Source: Oscillospiraceae bacterium
Lineage (GTDB): Bacteria; Bacillota; Clostridia; Oscillospirales; CAG-272
Assembly (NCBI GenBank): GCA_015064445.1
Contig: SVSE01000001.1
Location: 344,924 to 408,923, forward strand
DNA length: 64,000 nt
Reading direction: 5' to 3'
A model generated the notes under the pieces. The model was given only the letters and a program-made list of their open reading frames with translations, did no database searches and was not told where the DNA came from. How positions within the stretch are numbered: position 1 is the stretch's first letter; each line of letters begins with the position of its first letter. A program made the translations under genes and the position numbers. Shown in pieces: positions 47,849 to 56,090 of the stretch.

Positions 47849-48975
47849 TATTCCTCACCTTCAATTCTTGATTTCATTTTTTGTACGATATCGAATATCT
47901 CGCGGTCAAGCACGAACGGCTCGCTGAATGCGTTAAGCACGATGCCTGCCACGTTCTTCTCGTTATTTATTGCCAGCGACAATGCTTCAAGGAAATGCTT
48001 TTCCACTTTCGAGAAGCCCTGTCCGTATTCTCCCATCTCCTCAGCACTTGAGAATATCGGGAAGTAGAAATTATCACCATTCTGCAGGATATCCGGTACC
48101 ATACGAATACTTTCTTCGCTGGTGATCGTCTTTCCGACCATTGCAGACGGATCGTCGCCTGCTTCTTCAAGCATTTTCTGCAGGGCTTCCATATCCATAT
48201 CGCCCATAATCGCGTTACAAGGAATCCATACCCAGCTATCGCGCAGTAATTCCAGTACCTCGAAGAAGTTCGGCTCGTTACGCTCTGCATTGAACGCGCT
48301 GACTGCCGCTTTGAGCATTGTGCCGTCAGCCAAGTCTTCTGCGGTGAGTTTCTTGCTCGGTGTCATATCGGAATAACAGATAACGTGTTTGTCCTCAGTC
48401 TCCTGTACGAAGAAGGCAATCTTTTCGCCTGCGTGATATCCGAAGTTCTGGTTCGGCTCGTTCAGAAGCGTCGCCATTATAAAGTGATCGCCCAGACCGA
48501 TTATCCTCGCCCAGCATCTTTCCGGCTGCAAGCCTTCACGTGTCAGGAATACCGCCACGTCATCGGGATAATGCAGATGTCTGCTCTCATCGAGGAAGCG
48601 CATTTCGCGGGATTTTTCTACCTCCTCGTCAGCGTCGTATCCCTTCAGCATTTCAATCTTTTTGGCATATCTTTCTTTGAAATCATCTGCATCCTTGAAG
48701 TAGGCGAATTGTTCATCCTCGATTGCGTCCGCGCGGATAAAGAAACGTGTGTCATCCGACGGAGCAAAGAAACGATATCCGTCATCGCTTTTTTCGCCTG
48801 CTGCCAAGACCTCTAATGTCAGTCCCGCTTGGGTATCTATATAACCGTACACCAGCATGCAGTTGGCTTTGTCGATATTAGGATATTCCTTCATGCATTC
48901 CTTAAATCTTTTATTCAGCGGGAACGCGCAAAAATTGTGATATAAAGCTCTGAAACCAGTCTCTTTTAACGTCAT
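47848..48975 (-). CDS. two-domain protein: DUF2314-like middle region + SseB-like C-terminal domain (cargo gene 1)
   Basis: Start set to ATG 48975 (GGAGG RBS). ERCWARIIGLGDHFIMATLLNEPNQNFGYHAGEKIAFF. VWIPCN...GDNFYFPIFSSAEEM...GIVLNAFSEPFVLD. The tracked N-terminal 139 codons overlap the recombinase and the terminator. Confidence 0.6.
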   Translation of the reverse strand: MTLKETGFRALYHNFCAFPLNKRFKECMKEYPNIDKANCMLVYGYIDTQAGLTLEVLAAGEKSDDGYRFFAPSDDTRFFIRADAIEDEQFAYFKDADDFKERYAKKIEMLKGYDADEEVEKSREMRFLDESRHLHYPDDVAVFLTREGLQPERCWARIIGLGDHFIMATLLNEPNQNFGYHAGEKIAFFVQETEDKHVICYSDMTPSKKLTAEDLADGTMLKAAVSAFNAERNEPNFFEVLELLRDSWVWIPCNAIMGDMDMEALQKMLEEAGDDPSAMVGKTITSEESIRMVPDILQNGDNFYFPIFSSAEEMGEYGQGFSKVEKHFLEALSLAINNEKNVAGIVLNAFSEPFVLDREIFDIVQKMKSRIEGEE

Positions 48976-49006
48976 TATATAGCTACCTCCAGTAATGATT
49001 TTTAGT

Positions 49007-49050
49007 GCGATTATATTATAACACAAAAAATCGCATTTGTATATACCTTT
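49007..49050 (-). promoter_or_regulatory. promoter of the cargo operon
   Basis: Minus strand TGtTATAAT extended -10 (49015-49023), embraced by the inverted repeat GCGATT/AATCGC. The -35 is weak (ATACAA). Confidence 0.4.
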
Positions 49051-49104
49051 TGCACAGTTTTCAACCCGCTTTTGAAAAGGTGAACGATTTTGTCCTTCTT
49101 TAAC

Positions 49105-49143
49105 GCAAAAAATGCCCTCGACACCGTTTCTGATGCCGAGGGC
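49105..49143 (-). terminator. terminator after the recombinase genes
   Basis: GCCCTCG-16 nt-CGAGGGC hairpin followed by T6 on the minus strand. Confidence 0.6.
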
Positions 49144-49148
49144 TACTC

Positions 49149-50774
49149 TTATTCTTCGTATTTCTGTTCGATGCTCGCGCCGCATTTGAAGGTTATCTCC
49201 ATATAGTCGTCGTACATCGTGATGTGATCGACAAGCGCTTTTATGATGACCGCGTCGAGCGATACCATCGTTTGTGCGTTCTTTGTGTGTTCTGCGAAGG
49301 TGTTCAGCCATGCGCGTATCTCTGCGTAGCGGTTGTCTGTCGCTCGCAATTCCGCCTGCTGCTTTTCGAGCAATTGCATGTGATTCTTGCATCCTTGCAT
49401 CCTTGATTTATACTCGTCTTCGCTTATCTCCATGCGCTGCTTCGCCTTATGCAGTTCCAGCACCGCCTGCTGCAGTTCGATTATTTCCGACTCGATGCGC
49501 TCCAGCGCCGCTGCGTTCTCTGGCTGCAACGCCAGCTCTGCGCCTTCGCTTATTGCGTCTATGATTTCGTCCGCGTCCTCCGCCATTGCGCGTATCGCTG
49601 CGAGGTAGGTGCGCTCTATGACATCCTCATTTATGTGGTGCGAGTCGCATTCGCTCCTGCCGTTTACGATTCTGTTGCTGCATCCGAAGGCGGGTACCAC
49701 CTTGCCGCTGCCGACTCTGCGCGTATGACGTCTGAGCTTTGCTCCGCATTTTCCGCATATCAGCATACCGCTGAAGGTGTACTTGCTGGTGAATTTGCTG
49801 CTGCCGACCGCGTCGTTCTTTGCTTCCTTACGGCGTTCAAGTTCCGCCTTTGCCAGTTCGAACAGGTCTTTCTCGATGATTGCAGGGTGTGTGCCTTCTG
49901 CATAGAACATCGGCATCTGTCCTTCGTTCTTTACTCTGTGCTTCGAGAGGACGTCCGGCTTGAAGGTTTTTCCGAGTATCGCGTCGCCCGTGTATTTTTC
50001 GTTTGTCAGGATACTCTCGATTACGCTGTGCTGCCACCTCTGCCTGCCGAGCTTCGTCGGCACGCCGTCCGCCTCCAGACCTCTGCATATGCGGGTTATC
50101 GATATGCCCGATACGAATTCGCGGTATATGCGCCTCACAATTTGCGCCTCCGCCTCATTGATTTCGTAGATTATATGACCGTCTTCGCCTTTGCCAACCC
50201 GCGTATATCCGAGCATCAGACCAGTGTTTATAACCACCTCGCCGTTTTTCCGCTTCTTGGCATACGCCCATTTTATATTACTGGACATTGTACGTGATTC
50301 CTGCTCCGCCATCGCTGCCAGAATGGTGATTAGTACCTCGCCGCCAGGGGTGAGCGTGTCGATGTTTTCGCTCTCGAAGTATATGCCGATGCCGAGTTCC
50401 TTCAGTTCGCGTATGTACGTGAGCGCGTCGACCGTGTTTCTGGCAAATCGGCTGATGGATTTTACGAGGATTTTCTTTATTTTGCCTGCGCGGCAGTCCG
50501 CGATCATACGCATGAAGTCCGGTCGCTTTTCTGCTCGCGTTCCTGTGATACCAGGGTCTGCGTATATGCCGACGAAGTTCCATTCGCTCTTGGATTGTAT
50601 CAGTGCCGTGTAATGTGCCACCTGTCTTTCGAAGGAGTCTTCCTGTTCTTCGCGCTCCGTCGATACGCGGGCGTATGCTGCCACGGGTGTTTTTTCTATG
50701 ATTTCTTCTGCGTTTATATTGAGCAGCATTGCTCTCGGTATCTCGCGCACGACGCGCCTTGTTGCTGTTGCCAT
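49149..50774 (-). CDS. large serine recombinase (second of tandem pair)
   Basis: Resolvase catalytic domain (AAYARVSTEREEQEDSFERQ), recombinase domain, Cys-rich zinc ribbon (CGKCGAKL...CSNR), C-terminal coiled coil. Confidence 0.9.
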   Translation of the reverse strand: MATATRRVVREIPRAMLLNINAEEIIEKTPVAAYARVSTEREEQEDSFERQVAHYTALIQSKSEWNFVGIYADPGITGTRAEKRPDFMRMIADCRAGKIKKILVKSISRFARNTVDALTYIRELKELGIGIYFESENIDTLTPGGEVLITILAAMAEQESRTMSSNIKWAYAKKRKNGEVVINTGLMLGYTRVGKGEDGHIIYEINEAEAQIVRRIYREFVSGISITRICRGLEADGVPTKLGRQRWQHSVIESILTNEKYTGDAILGKTFKPDVLSKHRVKNEGQMPMFYAEGTHPAIIEKDLFELAKAELERRKEAKNDAVGSSKFTSKYTFSGMLICGKCGAKLRRHTRRVGSGKVVPAFGCSNRIVNGRSECDSHHINEDVIERTYLAAIRAMAEDADEIIDAISEGAELALQPENAAALERIESEIIELQQAVLELHKAKQRMEISEDEYKSRMQGCKNHMQLLEKQQAELRATDNRYAEIRAWLNTFAEHTKNAQTMVSLDAVIIKALVDHITMYDDYMEITFKCGASIEQKYEE

Positions 50775-50775
50775 C

Positions 50776-52236
50776 TTATGCCTCCTTCTTATTCCAGCCG
50801 ACCTTGTTTCCAGGTTGACCGTTACTGTATTTTCTGCTGATTTCCACCCCGTTGTAGAAGGTGAAGGTTATCACGCCTTTGTGGATTTTTATGCGTGTTA
50901 TGAATTTCTCGACCTTTTCGTCGCTGTATTCCGTTATGAGTGTGAAGTCGCTTTCGCGTACTACCTTTGTCCGCTGTTCTGCGTACCGCGCGTTCAGTCC
51001 CGCTATCTGCGCTTTGATGCGCTTTTGCTCCTCGCGGAAGGCGCTCTCTGGTATGAGCCGCTGCATACGCAGTTCGGAGAGTTCGCGTTCCTCGCGCTTG
51101 AGTCGCTCTATCGCCCGCTGCAGTATGATTGCCGACTCGCCCTGCGGCCGCTTTGTTACGAATTCGTTGTATGCCTCGACGAATTTTTCCTTCAGCACGC
51201 TGTCTTTTATCGAGGTGCAGTCGCAGCGCTTGACGCCGTACCGCAGCTTCGCGCCGCATACCCAGATGTCCGATGCCCACTTTTTGCCGCTGTTATTGAC
51301 TTTATGCTGGAAGTGTGTCCCGCACTGCCCGCACTCGATGAGCGAAGTTAGCGCGTATATCGGTCTCGGCACTCCGACCGTTTTCTTGTTTGTCCGCTGG
51401 ACTCTGACCTCCTGCGCTTTGTACCATAGTTCTTTGCTGACGATGCCTTCGTGCGTGTCTTCCATGTAATACCGCTTGCCGTATGTGCCGTCCATATTAT
51501 TGTGCTTGATGCCTAAGTGGTATACCGATTTGCCCATCATCGCGTCGCCCATGTATTTTTCGTTTGTCAGGATTGCGAGTATCACCTGATGCTGCCATAT
51601 GTTACCGCCCGATGCCCGATATCCTTCGTCATTCAGCGTGTCCGCTATTGCGCAGCAGCCCGCGCCGCCTACGTACATCTCGTATATGCGCCGTATTACC
51701 GCTGCCTCCTCCGGTACTATCTCCAGCGTATTGTCCTTCGTCATGCGGTATCCGTATATCTTGCTGCCGATGCTGATCCAGCCGTTTTCGTATCGGTGCC
51801 GTATCGACCAGCGCATTCTATCCGAGTCGACCTGCAGGTCGTTTTCTGCGACCGTCGCTGCGATCGTGAGGAATATCTCGCTTGTCGGCTGGAAGGTGCT
51901 GATGTTTTCGTTCTCGAATATGACCTCGATGCCGATATCGCGTAACTCTCGCACCGCCTCCAGCAGCTGCACTGTGTTGCGGGCGAAGCGGGATACGCTT
52001 TTGACGTATATCACATCGAATTTATGCTGCCTCGCGTCTTCCATCATTACGAGGAATTGCGGGCGTTTGTGTATGCTGCTGCCGCTGATGCCTCTGTCCG
52101 CGTATATGCCTGTGAGTTCGATATTCGGGTCACCTTCGAAGCGATCCTGCCAGTACTGCTCTTGGAACTCGTAGCTGTGCAGCTGCGCCGAGCTTGCCGT
52201 AGATACTCTGATGTATGCCACTGCGCGTTTTTTCAT
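50776..52236 (-). CDS. large serine recombinase (first of tandem pair)
   Basis: AVAYIRVSTASSAQLHSYEFQ catalytic motif, recombinase domain, zinc ribbon (CGQCGTHF...VCGAKLRYGVKRC). Start set to ATG 52236 (AAAGGAGAAAA RBS). Confidence 0.9.
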   Translation of the reverse strand: MKKRAVAYIRVSTASSAQLHSYEFQEQYWQDRFEGDPNIELTGIYADRGISGSSIHKRPQFLVMMEDARQHKFDVIYVKSVSRFARNTVQLLEAVRELRDIGIEVIFENENISTFQPTSEIFLTIAATVAENDLQVDSDRMRWSIRHRYENGWISIGSKIYGYRMTKDNTLEIVPEEAAVIRRIYEMYVGGAGCCAIADTLNDEGYRASGGNIWQHQVILAILTNEKYMGDAMMGKSVYHLGIKHNNMDGTYGKRYYMEDTHEGIVSKELWYKAQEVRVQRTNKKTVGVPRPIYALTSLIECGQCGTHFQHKVNNSGKKWASDIWVCGAKLRYGVKRCDCTSIKDSVLKEKFVEAYNEFVTKRPQGESAIILQRAIERLKREERELSELRMQRLIPESAFREEQKRIKAQIAGLNARYAEQRTKVVRESDFTLITEYSDEKVEKFITRIKIHKGVITFTFYNGVEISRKYSNGQPGNKVGWNKKEA

Positions 52237-52366
52237 TGCTTTTTCTCCTTTCATAGTTCTGGGTTTGAACCTGCGTAAAATTTTTGTCCCCGCCTTTTTA
52301 AGGCAGGGACAAAGATACCAGAATAATTGCAGAAAGTCCAGCCCAAAACCGAAGAAACACAAAGAA

Positions 52367-52507
52367 TTAGCAATTATTTTTTCGCAATTTTTCCTCTGTT
52401 TTCATAGCGATTTGCTCGCGTTCTGCAGTTGTGATAAGACCCTTTACCCACATGGACTGGATAATGGCCTGTGCGAATGCAATGCGTGCTTCTTTTTGTT
52501 TCTTCAT
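52367..52507 (-). CDS. unlisted 46-aa helical protein upstream of the recombinases
   Basis: My own translation is MKKQKEARIAFAQAIIQSMWVKGLITTAEREQIAMKTEEKLRKNNC. AAGGAGG RBS. Confidence 0.4.
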   Translation of the reverse strand: MKKQKEARIAFAQAIIQSMWVKGLITTAEREQIAMKTEEKLRKNNC

Positions 52508-52517
52508 GGGTGCCTCC

Positions 52518-52685
52518 TTATGCCACGGGCAATACTAAAAGCTGCCCTTCGGTGAGGTACGCCGTCTGAAGTTTATTGAGACGCACGATTTCTGTATAGC
52601 GAGAGACACGCCCGAGGTACTTTTTAGCGATACCCCAGAGCGTGTCTCCCTCTGACACCTTATAAATTTTCTTAATGGCTATCAT
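52518..52685 (-). CDS. unlisted 55-aa stand-alone LysM-domain protein
   Basis: My own translation is MIAIKKIYKVSEGDTLWGIAKKYLGRVSRYTEIVRLNKLQTAYLTEGQLLVLPVA. This fits the LysM consensus (Y.V..GDTLW.IA..Y...N.L....L..GQ.L.LP). Confidence 0.7.
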   Translation of the reverse strand: MIAIKKIYKVSEGDTLWGIAKKYLGRVSRYTEIVRLNKLQTAYLTEGQLLVLPVA

Positions 52686-52986
52686 CTGTTTTCACCTCGG
52701 TCTTACTCTTACCGACAAGCTGCTTGACTGCCTGATTGGTACCTGTCGCGGAAAGACCGCTGGCTGCGCCGAGAATGATTGCAACAAGAACGTTCTGTGT
52801 CTCCATGACGCCAGGCACGATGTAGAATGCGATCGCGCCGCAGATTGCGCCGAGCGCGCAGGATACAAGCGGAATAAAGCGCTTGAATTTTTCGTCGCCA
52901 CCGACTGCGGTCTTGACGATATCGATGATTGTGTAAACGATTGCCGCGATTGCGGGGATTGTTGCAAATTCAGTAAAAAATTCCAT
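52672..52986 (-). CDS. putative phage holin (3 TM)
   Basis: Three hydrophobic helices and a charged C-terminus. Position after the tail fibre genes. Confidence 0.55.
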   Translation of the reverse strand: MEFFTEFATIPAIAAIVYTIIDIVKTAVGGDEKFKRFIPLVSCALGAICGAIAFYIVPGVMETQNVLVAIILGAASGLSATGTNQAVKQLVGKSKTEVKTDDSH

Positions 52987-53001
52987 AGTTTTTTCCTCCT
53001 G

Positions 53002-53259
53002 TTATTTATGCGCCTGTTTGTTCAGGTGCATTTCGATTTGTTTGATTGCGATGGTGACGGGACCGTCGCAGCCTTGCTCCTGCAAGCCCTTGAGGCATGC
53101 AAGAACGCCCTGTGTGAGTAGCGTCTGTTCCTCTTTGATTGCCTTGATGTCCTTGTCCTGCTTCTCCTGCTTGAGATACCATCTGTAAATGGCGAAAACA
53201 AGACCGAAAATCACGCCCAAAGCGGTGATGACGCCTGCTACCGTGCTGATAATCTCCAT
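53002..53259 (-). CDS. small N-terminally anchored membrane protein (holin/antiholin-like or unknown)
   Basis: Single TM (VAGVITALGVIFGLVFAIY) plus a charged helical tail. Confidence 0.4.
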   Translation of the reverse strand: MEIISTVAGVITALGVIFGLVFAIYRWYLKQEKQDKDIKAIKEEQTLLTQGVLACLKGLQEQGCDGPVTIAIKQIEMHLNKQAHK

Positions 53260-53272
53260 GGCCTACCTCCTT

Positions 53273-53668
53273 TTAGTCTTCAAAATCGATGAACGCCTCC
53301 AGCGCGATCATCTCGTCCGGTGTCGGCAAATCCTCGGAAGTGCGGAAGTCCGCCTCCGAGAGAGTAATACGCTCAATGCCGTCCACCTCGGTGTCGCGCA
53401 GTGTTGCGATTTCCTTTTCGAATGCCTGCTTTGATGCGTAGTCCTTCAAGCGAAGTCTGCCGTCATCAAGAAAAATAGGCGCGCCATTTTCGTCATGCTC
53501 TGCATAATTCGATACCGCTTTCTTCTCCTCGGCGTAGTAGAAGTCAAATTCCTGTTCTACTGCCTTACGGAGTTTCACGAGTTCTCGCATTTTCTTATAG
53601 CTTGCAAAGCGTTTCTCCGAGAGTCTTTTCAGTGGCTCTCTGGCCGCTAAAATGTCATTAAGTTTCAT
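53273..53668 (-). CDS. hypothetical phage protein downstream of the tail fibre
   Basis: 11-nt overlap with the tail fibre gene. Acidic, no recognisable motif. Confidence 0.45.
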   Translation of the reverse strand: MKLNDILAAREPLKRLSEKRFASYKKMRELVKLRKAVEQEFDFYYAEEKKAVSNYAEHDENGAPIFLDDGRLRLKDYASKQAFEKEIATLRDTEVDGIERITLSEADFRTSEDLPTPDEMIALEAFIDFED

Positions 53669-56075
53669 TGCGTTGTTCCTCCAATGTATTTAACTTTTCT
53701 TCAAGCTCTGAAATGCGAGCTTTCAGTATCTGTATTTGGTGAATGTTCATGGCGACAAACTCACCGTAGCGAAGACCGCAGCCGATGGTTTTATCGTCAT
53801 TTTCCCACTCGCAGTATCCTGCGAAGTCCTTTGTCGTAATGCCTGCCGCGATTACCGCATCCTTGACGTCCTGCGCCACAAGGCCGATGTGCGTTCTGTC
53901 GCTGGTATTGTCAATGAATTTGAATGTCACGGGAACGAGACTGTCGAAAATCGTATCATACACTCCGCCAAGAGGCAGAATGTTCTTTTTCTCGTTCCTG
54001 TCCGACGTATTGACGACGCCCGCCTGTCCGTAAATATTCCGCCACTTATACGCTGCCGATCCTAAATCGTAGCCGTTATTCGACCACGGCACAATATGTC
54101 CGTAGCTCGTAATCGTGGTTGACGCGCTGGTACCCGATACCGTGAAGTAATAGGTGTGCTGCGCCTTATTGGAACTGGAATAGTTGAACGTCGCGTAGTC
54201 AATACCCCAGAACGCGTTTGTGTCGACGGATGTGCTGCTCGCGCCTTTTGCGACGGTCGCATTCCACGTCGTATCGCCACCCCAGATACACGCATAGTGT
54301 ACGGTGAATGTCTTGGCTGCCGTCAGCGCGGTCTGTACGCCGCTGGAGTTATAAATTTTCAGGTAAATGATTTGTCCACTCCACGACAGTTCCGCGTAGT
54401 ACTGCGTCGAGCCGCCCGAATATCCGAAATAAAATCCGGTCGTGCTGCTGATACTGGAGTCTGCTCTTATCGACTGCACGCGGATAACGCCGCAGGATAT
54501 GAGGTTGCTGGATAGCGACTGCATGAAGCAACCGCTGTTTGTCAGCACGGTTGTTGCTGTGAACGTCGTGCCGCTGGTCGTACCGAAGGACAGCGTCGTA
54601 AACGATTGCGACGAGTCTTCGGAATTATATACCGTACCGAGAATGAAGTTGTCCGAGTACATCTGGCTGGACGTCAAGCTCATGCCGCCGATTTTACCGC
54701 TTGTCGCGTACAGGTATCCTGCGCTTGTAACGTAGAATGTGCCTGCGCCAAGACCGATGCCGTCGGTGCCGAGGTAAACGCCTGATGTACTGTTGTTATA
54801 CGCCGTTTTGGTCTTATATAGCTTGGTTGTGCTTATGGTGAAGCCGCCGATCGTACCAGCTGGTGCTTGCAGCGTTCCTGAAAAATATGCCGAGGTGTCA
54901 TCCACGCGGAATTTCGGCAAATATATGTACCACGAGCCGTTATTCAAGTTCGGATTCATATAATAGGTCTTATCGTCGTTGAAATAGATGCTACCCTTAA
55001 TAACCAGATTTGTCATAGTTCCGGATGTGGCATTTATTTCGCCTGTGATATCCGCGTTATTTGCAAACAGCGCGCCTGCTTTCGAAACGCTAAACTGCAG
55101 CGTGGACGTTGAATTTGCGATCGTATATGCGCGCAGCCAATAACTGCCCGTATTCGTTGCCGAATCAATATAGAACGAAGCCGTCGTCGATGCGCTGGAA
55201 AGGTTATTTGCGGAGAGCGTCCACGCGCCTATCGTACCGCTTTTCGCCGTTATCGCGCCCGCGCTGGTTACGTAGAATGTTCCCGCGCCAAGACCGATAC
55301 CGTCCGTGCCAAGATACACACCTGCGGTGCTGCTGCTGTACGTGGTTTTCGTCTTATACAGCTTTGTAGTTGCAATGGTGAAACCGCCTATCGTGCCAGA
55401 CGGCGCACTCAATTTGCCTGTGAACACCGCACCTGATGCTTCATCAATGCGCAGTCCTGGCAGGTAAATGTAATAGGAATTGTCGTTGTAATTCGGGTCA
55501 ATAAAATATCCACCGCTGTCGTCGCCTCCGAAATACAACCTGCCCGTGATACGCATCTCGGAGAGTGTACCCGAAGTTGCGTCTATATGACCTGCAAGCG
55601 TCATTCCGCCTGAATCCACCGTCAGCACCGCTGTGCCGTTTGAATATATGGTGAAATCGCTGTCGGTAAGTTCCCAGCCGAAAGTGCTGCTATCGCCGTG
55701 GCTCTTATCTGCTTTGGTCGCAACGGATGCGCTTATCTGCGTGGCCGTCTGCTGCAAGGTAGATACCGTACTTGTCAGTGTGGTGACATCGGACGTTGTT
55801 TCATTCACCGTCTGCGTGAGTACCGATACTGTGCTTGTCAACCCGTCGAGGTTGCTTTGCATCGTATTGGATTTCGTGGTTAACGTGGATATATTGCTTC
55901 GCAGCGTATCCGTACCATTCTGTTCCTTCCACGCCGATCCGCTGTACACAAAAGTCCGCGGGGGTGAATAACTTGTATTCACCCACAGCTGTCCCTTGTA
56001 TGGCGATGCAGGTGCGGTTGTCCCCGTTACCACGTCATTGAGCGTATGAATTGTATATTGTGCCTGCGCCCGCAT
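53658..56075 (-). CDS. tail fibre protein with C-terminal intramolecular-chaperone (peptidase S74) domain
   Basis: C-terminus SDRNEKKNI...THIGLVAQDV...GLRYGEFVAMNIHQIQ plus coiled coil. Internal ~180-aa tandem duplication. AGGAGG RBS. Confidence 0.8.
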   Translation of the reverse strand: MRAQAQYTIHTLNDVVTGTTAPASPYKGQLWVNTSYSPPRTFVYSGSAWKEQNGTDTLRSNISTLTTKSNTMQSNLDGLTSTVSVLTQTVNETTSDVTTLTSTVSTLQQTATQISASVATKADKSHGDSSTFGWELTDSDFTIYSNGTAVLTVDSGGMTLAGHIDATSGTLSEMRITGRLYFGGDDSGGYFIDPNYNDNSYYIYLPGLRIDEASGAVFTGKLSAPSGTIGGFTIATTKLYKTKTTYSSSTAGVYLGTDGIGLGAGTFYVTSAGAITAKSGTIGAWTLSANNLSSASTTASFYIDSATNTGSYWLRAYTIANSTSTLQFSVSKAGALFANNADITGEINATSGTMTNLVIKGSIYFNDDKTYYMNPNLNNGSWYIYLPKFRVDDTSAYFSGTLQAPAGTIGGFTISTTKLYKTKTAYNNSTSGVYLGTDGIGLGAGTFYVTSAGYLYATSGKIGGMSLTSSQMYSDNFILGTVYNSEDSSQSFTTLSFGTTSGTTFTATTVLTNSGCFMQSLSSNLISCGVIRVQSIRADSSISSTTGFYFGYSGGSTQYYAELSWSGQIIYLKIYNSSGVQTALTAAKTFTVHYACIWGGDTTWNATVAKGASSTSVDTNAFWGIDYATFNYSSSNKAQHTYYFTVSGTSASTTITSYGHIVPWSNNGYDLGSAAYKWRNIYGQAGVVNTSDRNEKKNILPLGGVYDTIFDSLVPVTFKFIDNTSDRTHIGLVAQDVKDAVIAAGITTKDFAGYCEWENDDKTIGCGLRYGEFVAMNIHQIQILKARISELEEKLNTLEEQRNET

Positions 56076-56090
56076 CGGTCACACCTCCTT

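Noticed and set aside
48976-49392. N-terminal 139 codons of tracked ORF 47848-49392
   Set aside because: This part overlaps the 3' end of the serine recombinase, crosses a terminator and promoter, and has an Arg/His-rich nonsense-like translation. ATG 48975 has a GGAGG RBS.
52285-52310. Hairpin GTCCCCGCC-loop-GGCAGGGAC between the 46-aa ORF and the first recombinase
   Set aside because: The stem is imperfect (G-T pair) and no proper U-run follows on the transcribed strand. It may be a weak attenuator, but the evidence is insufficient to call it.
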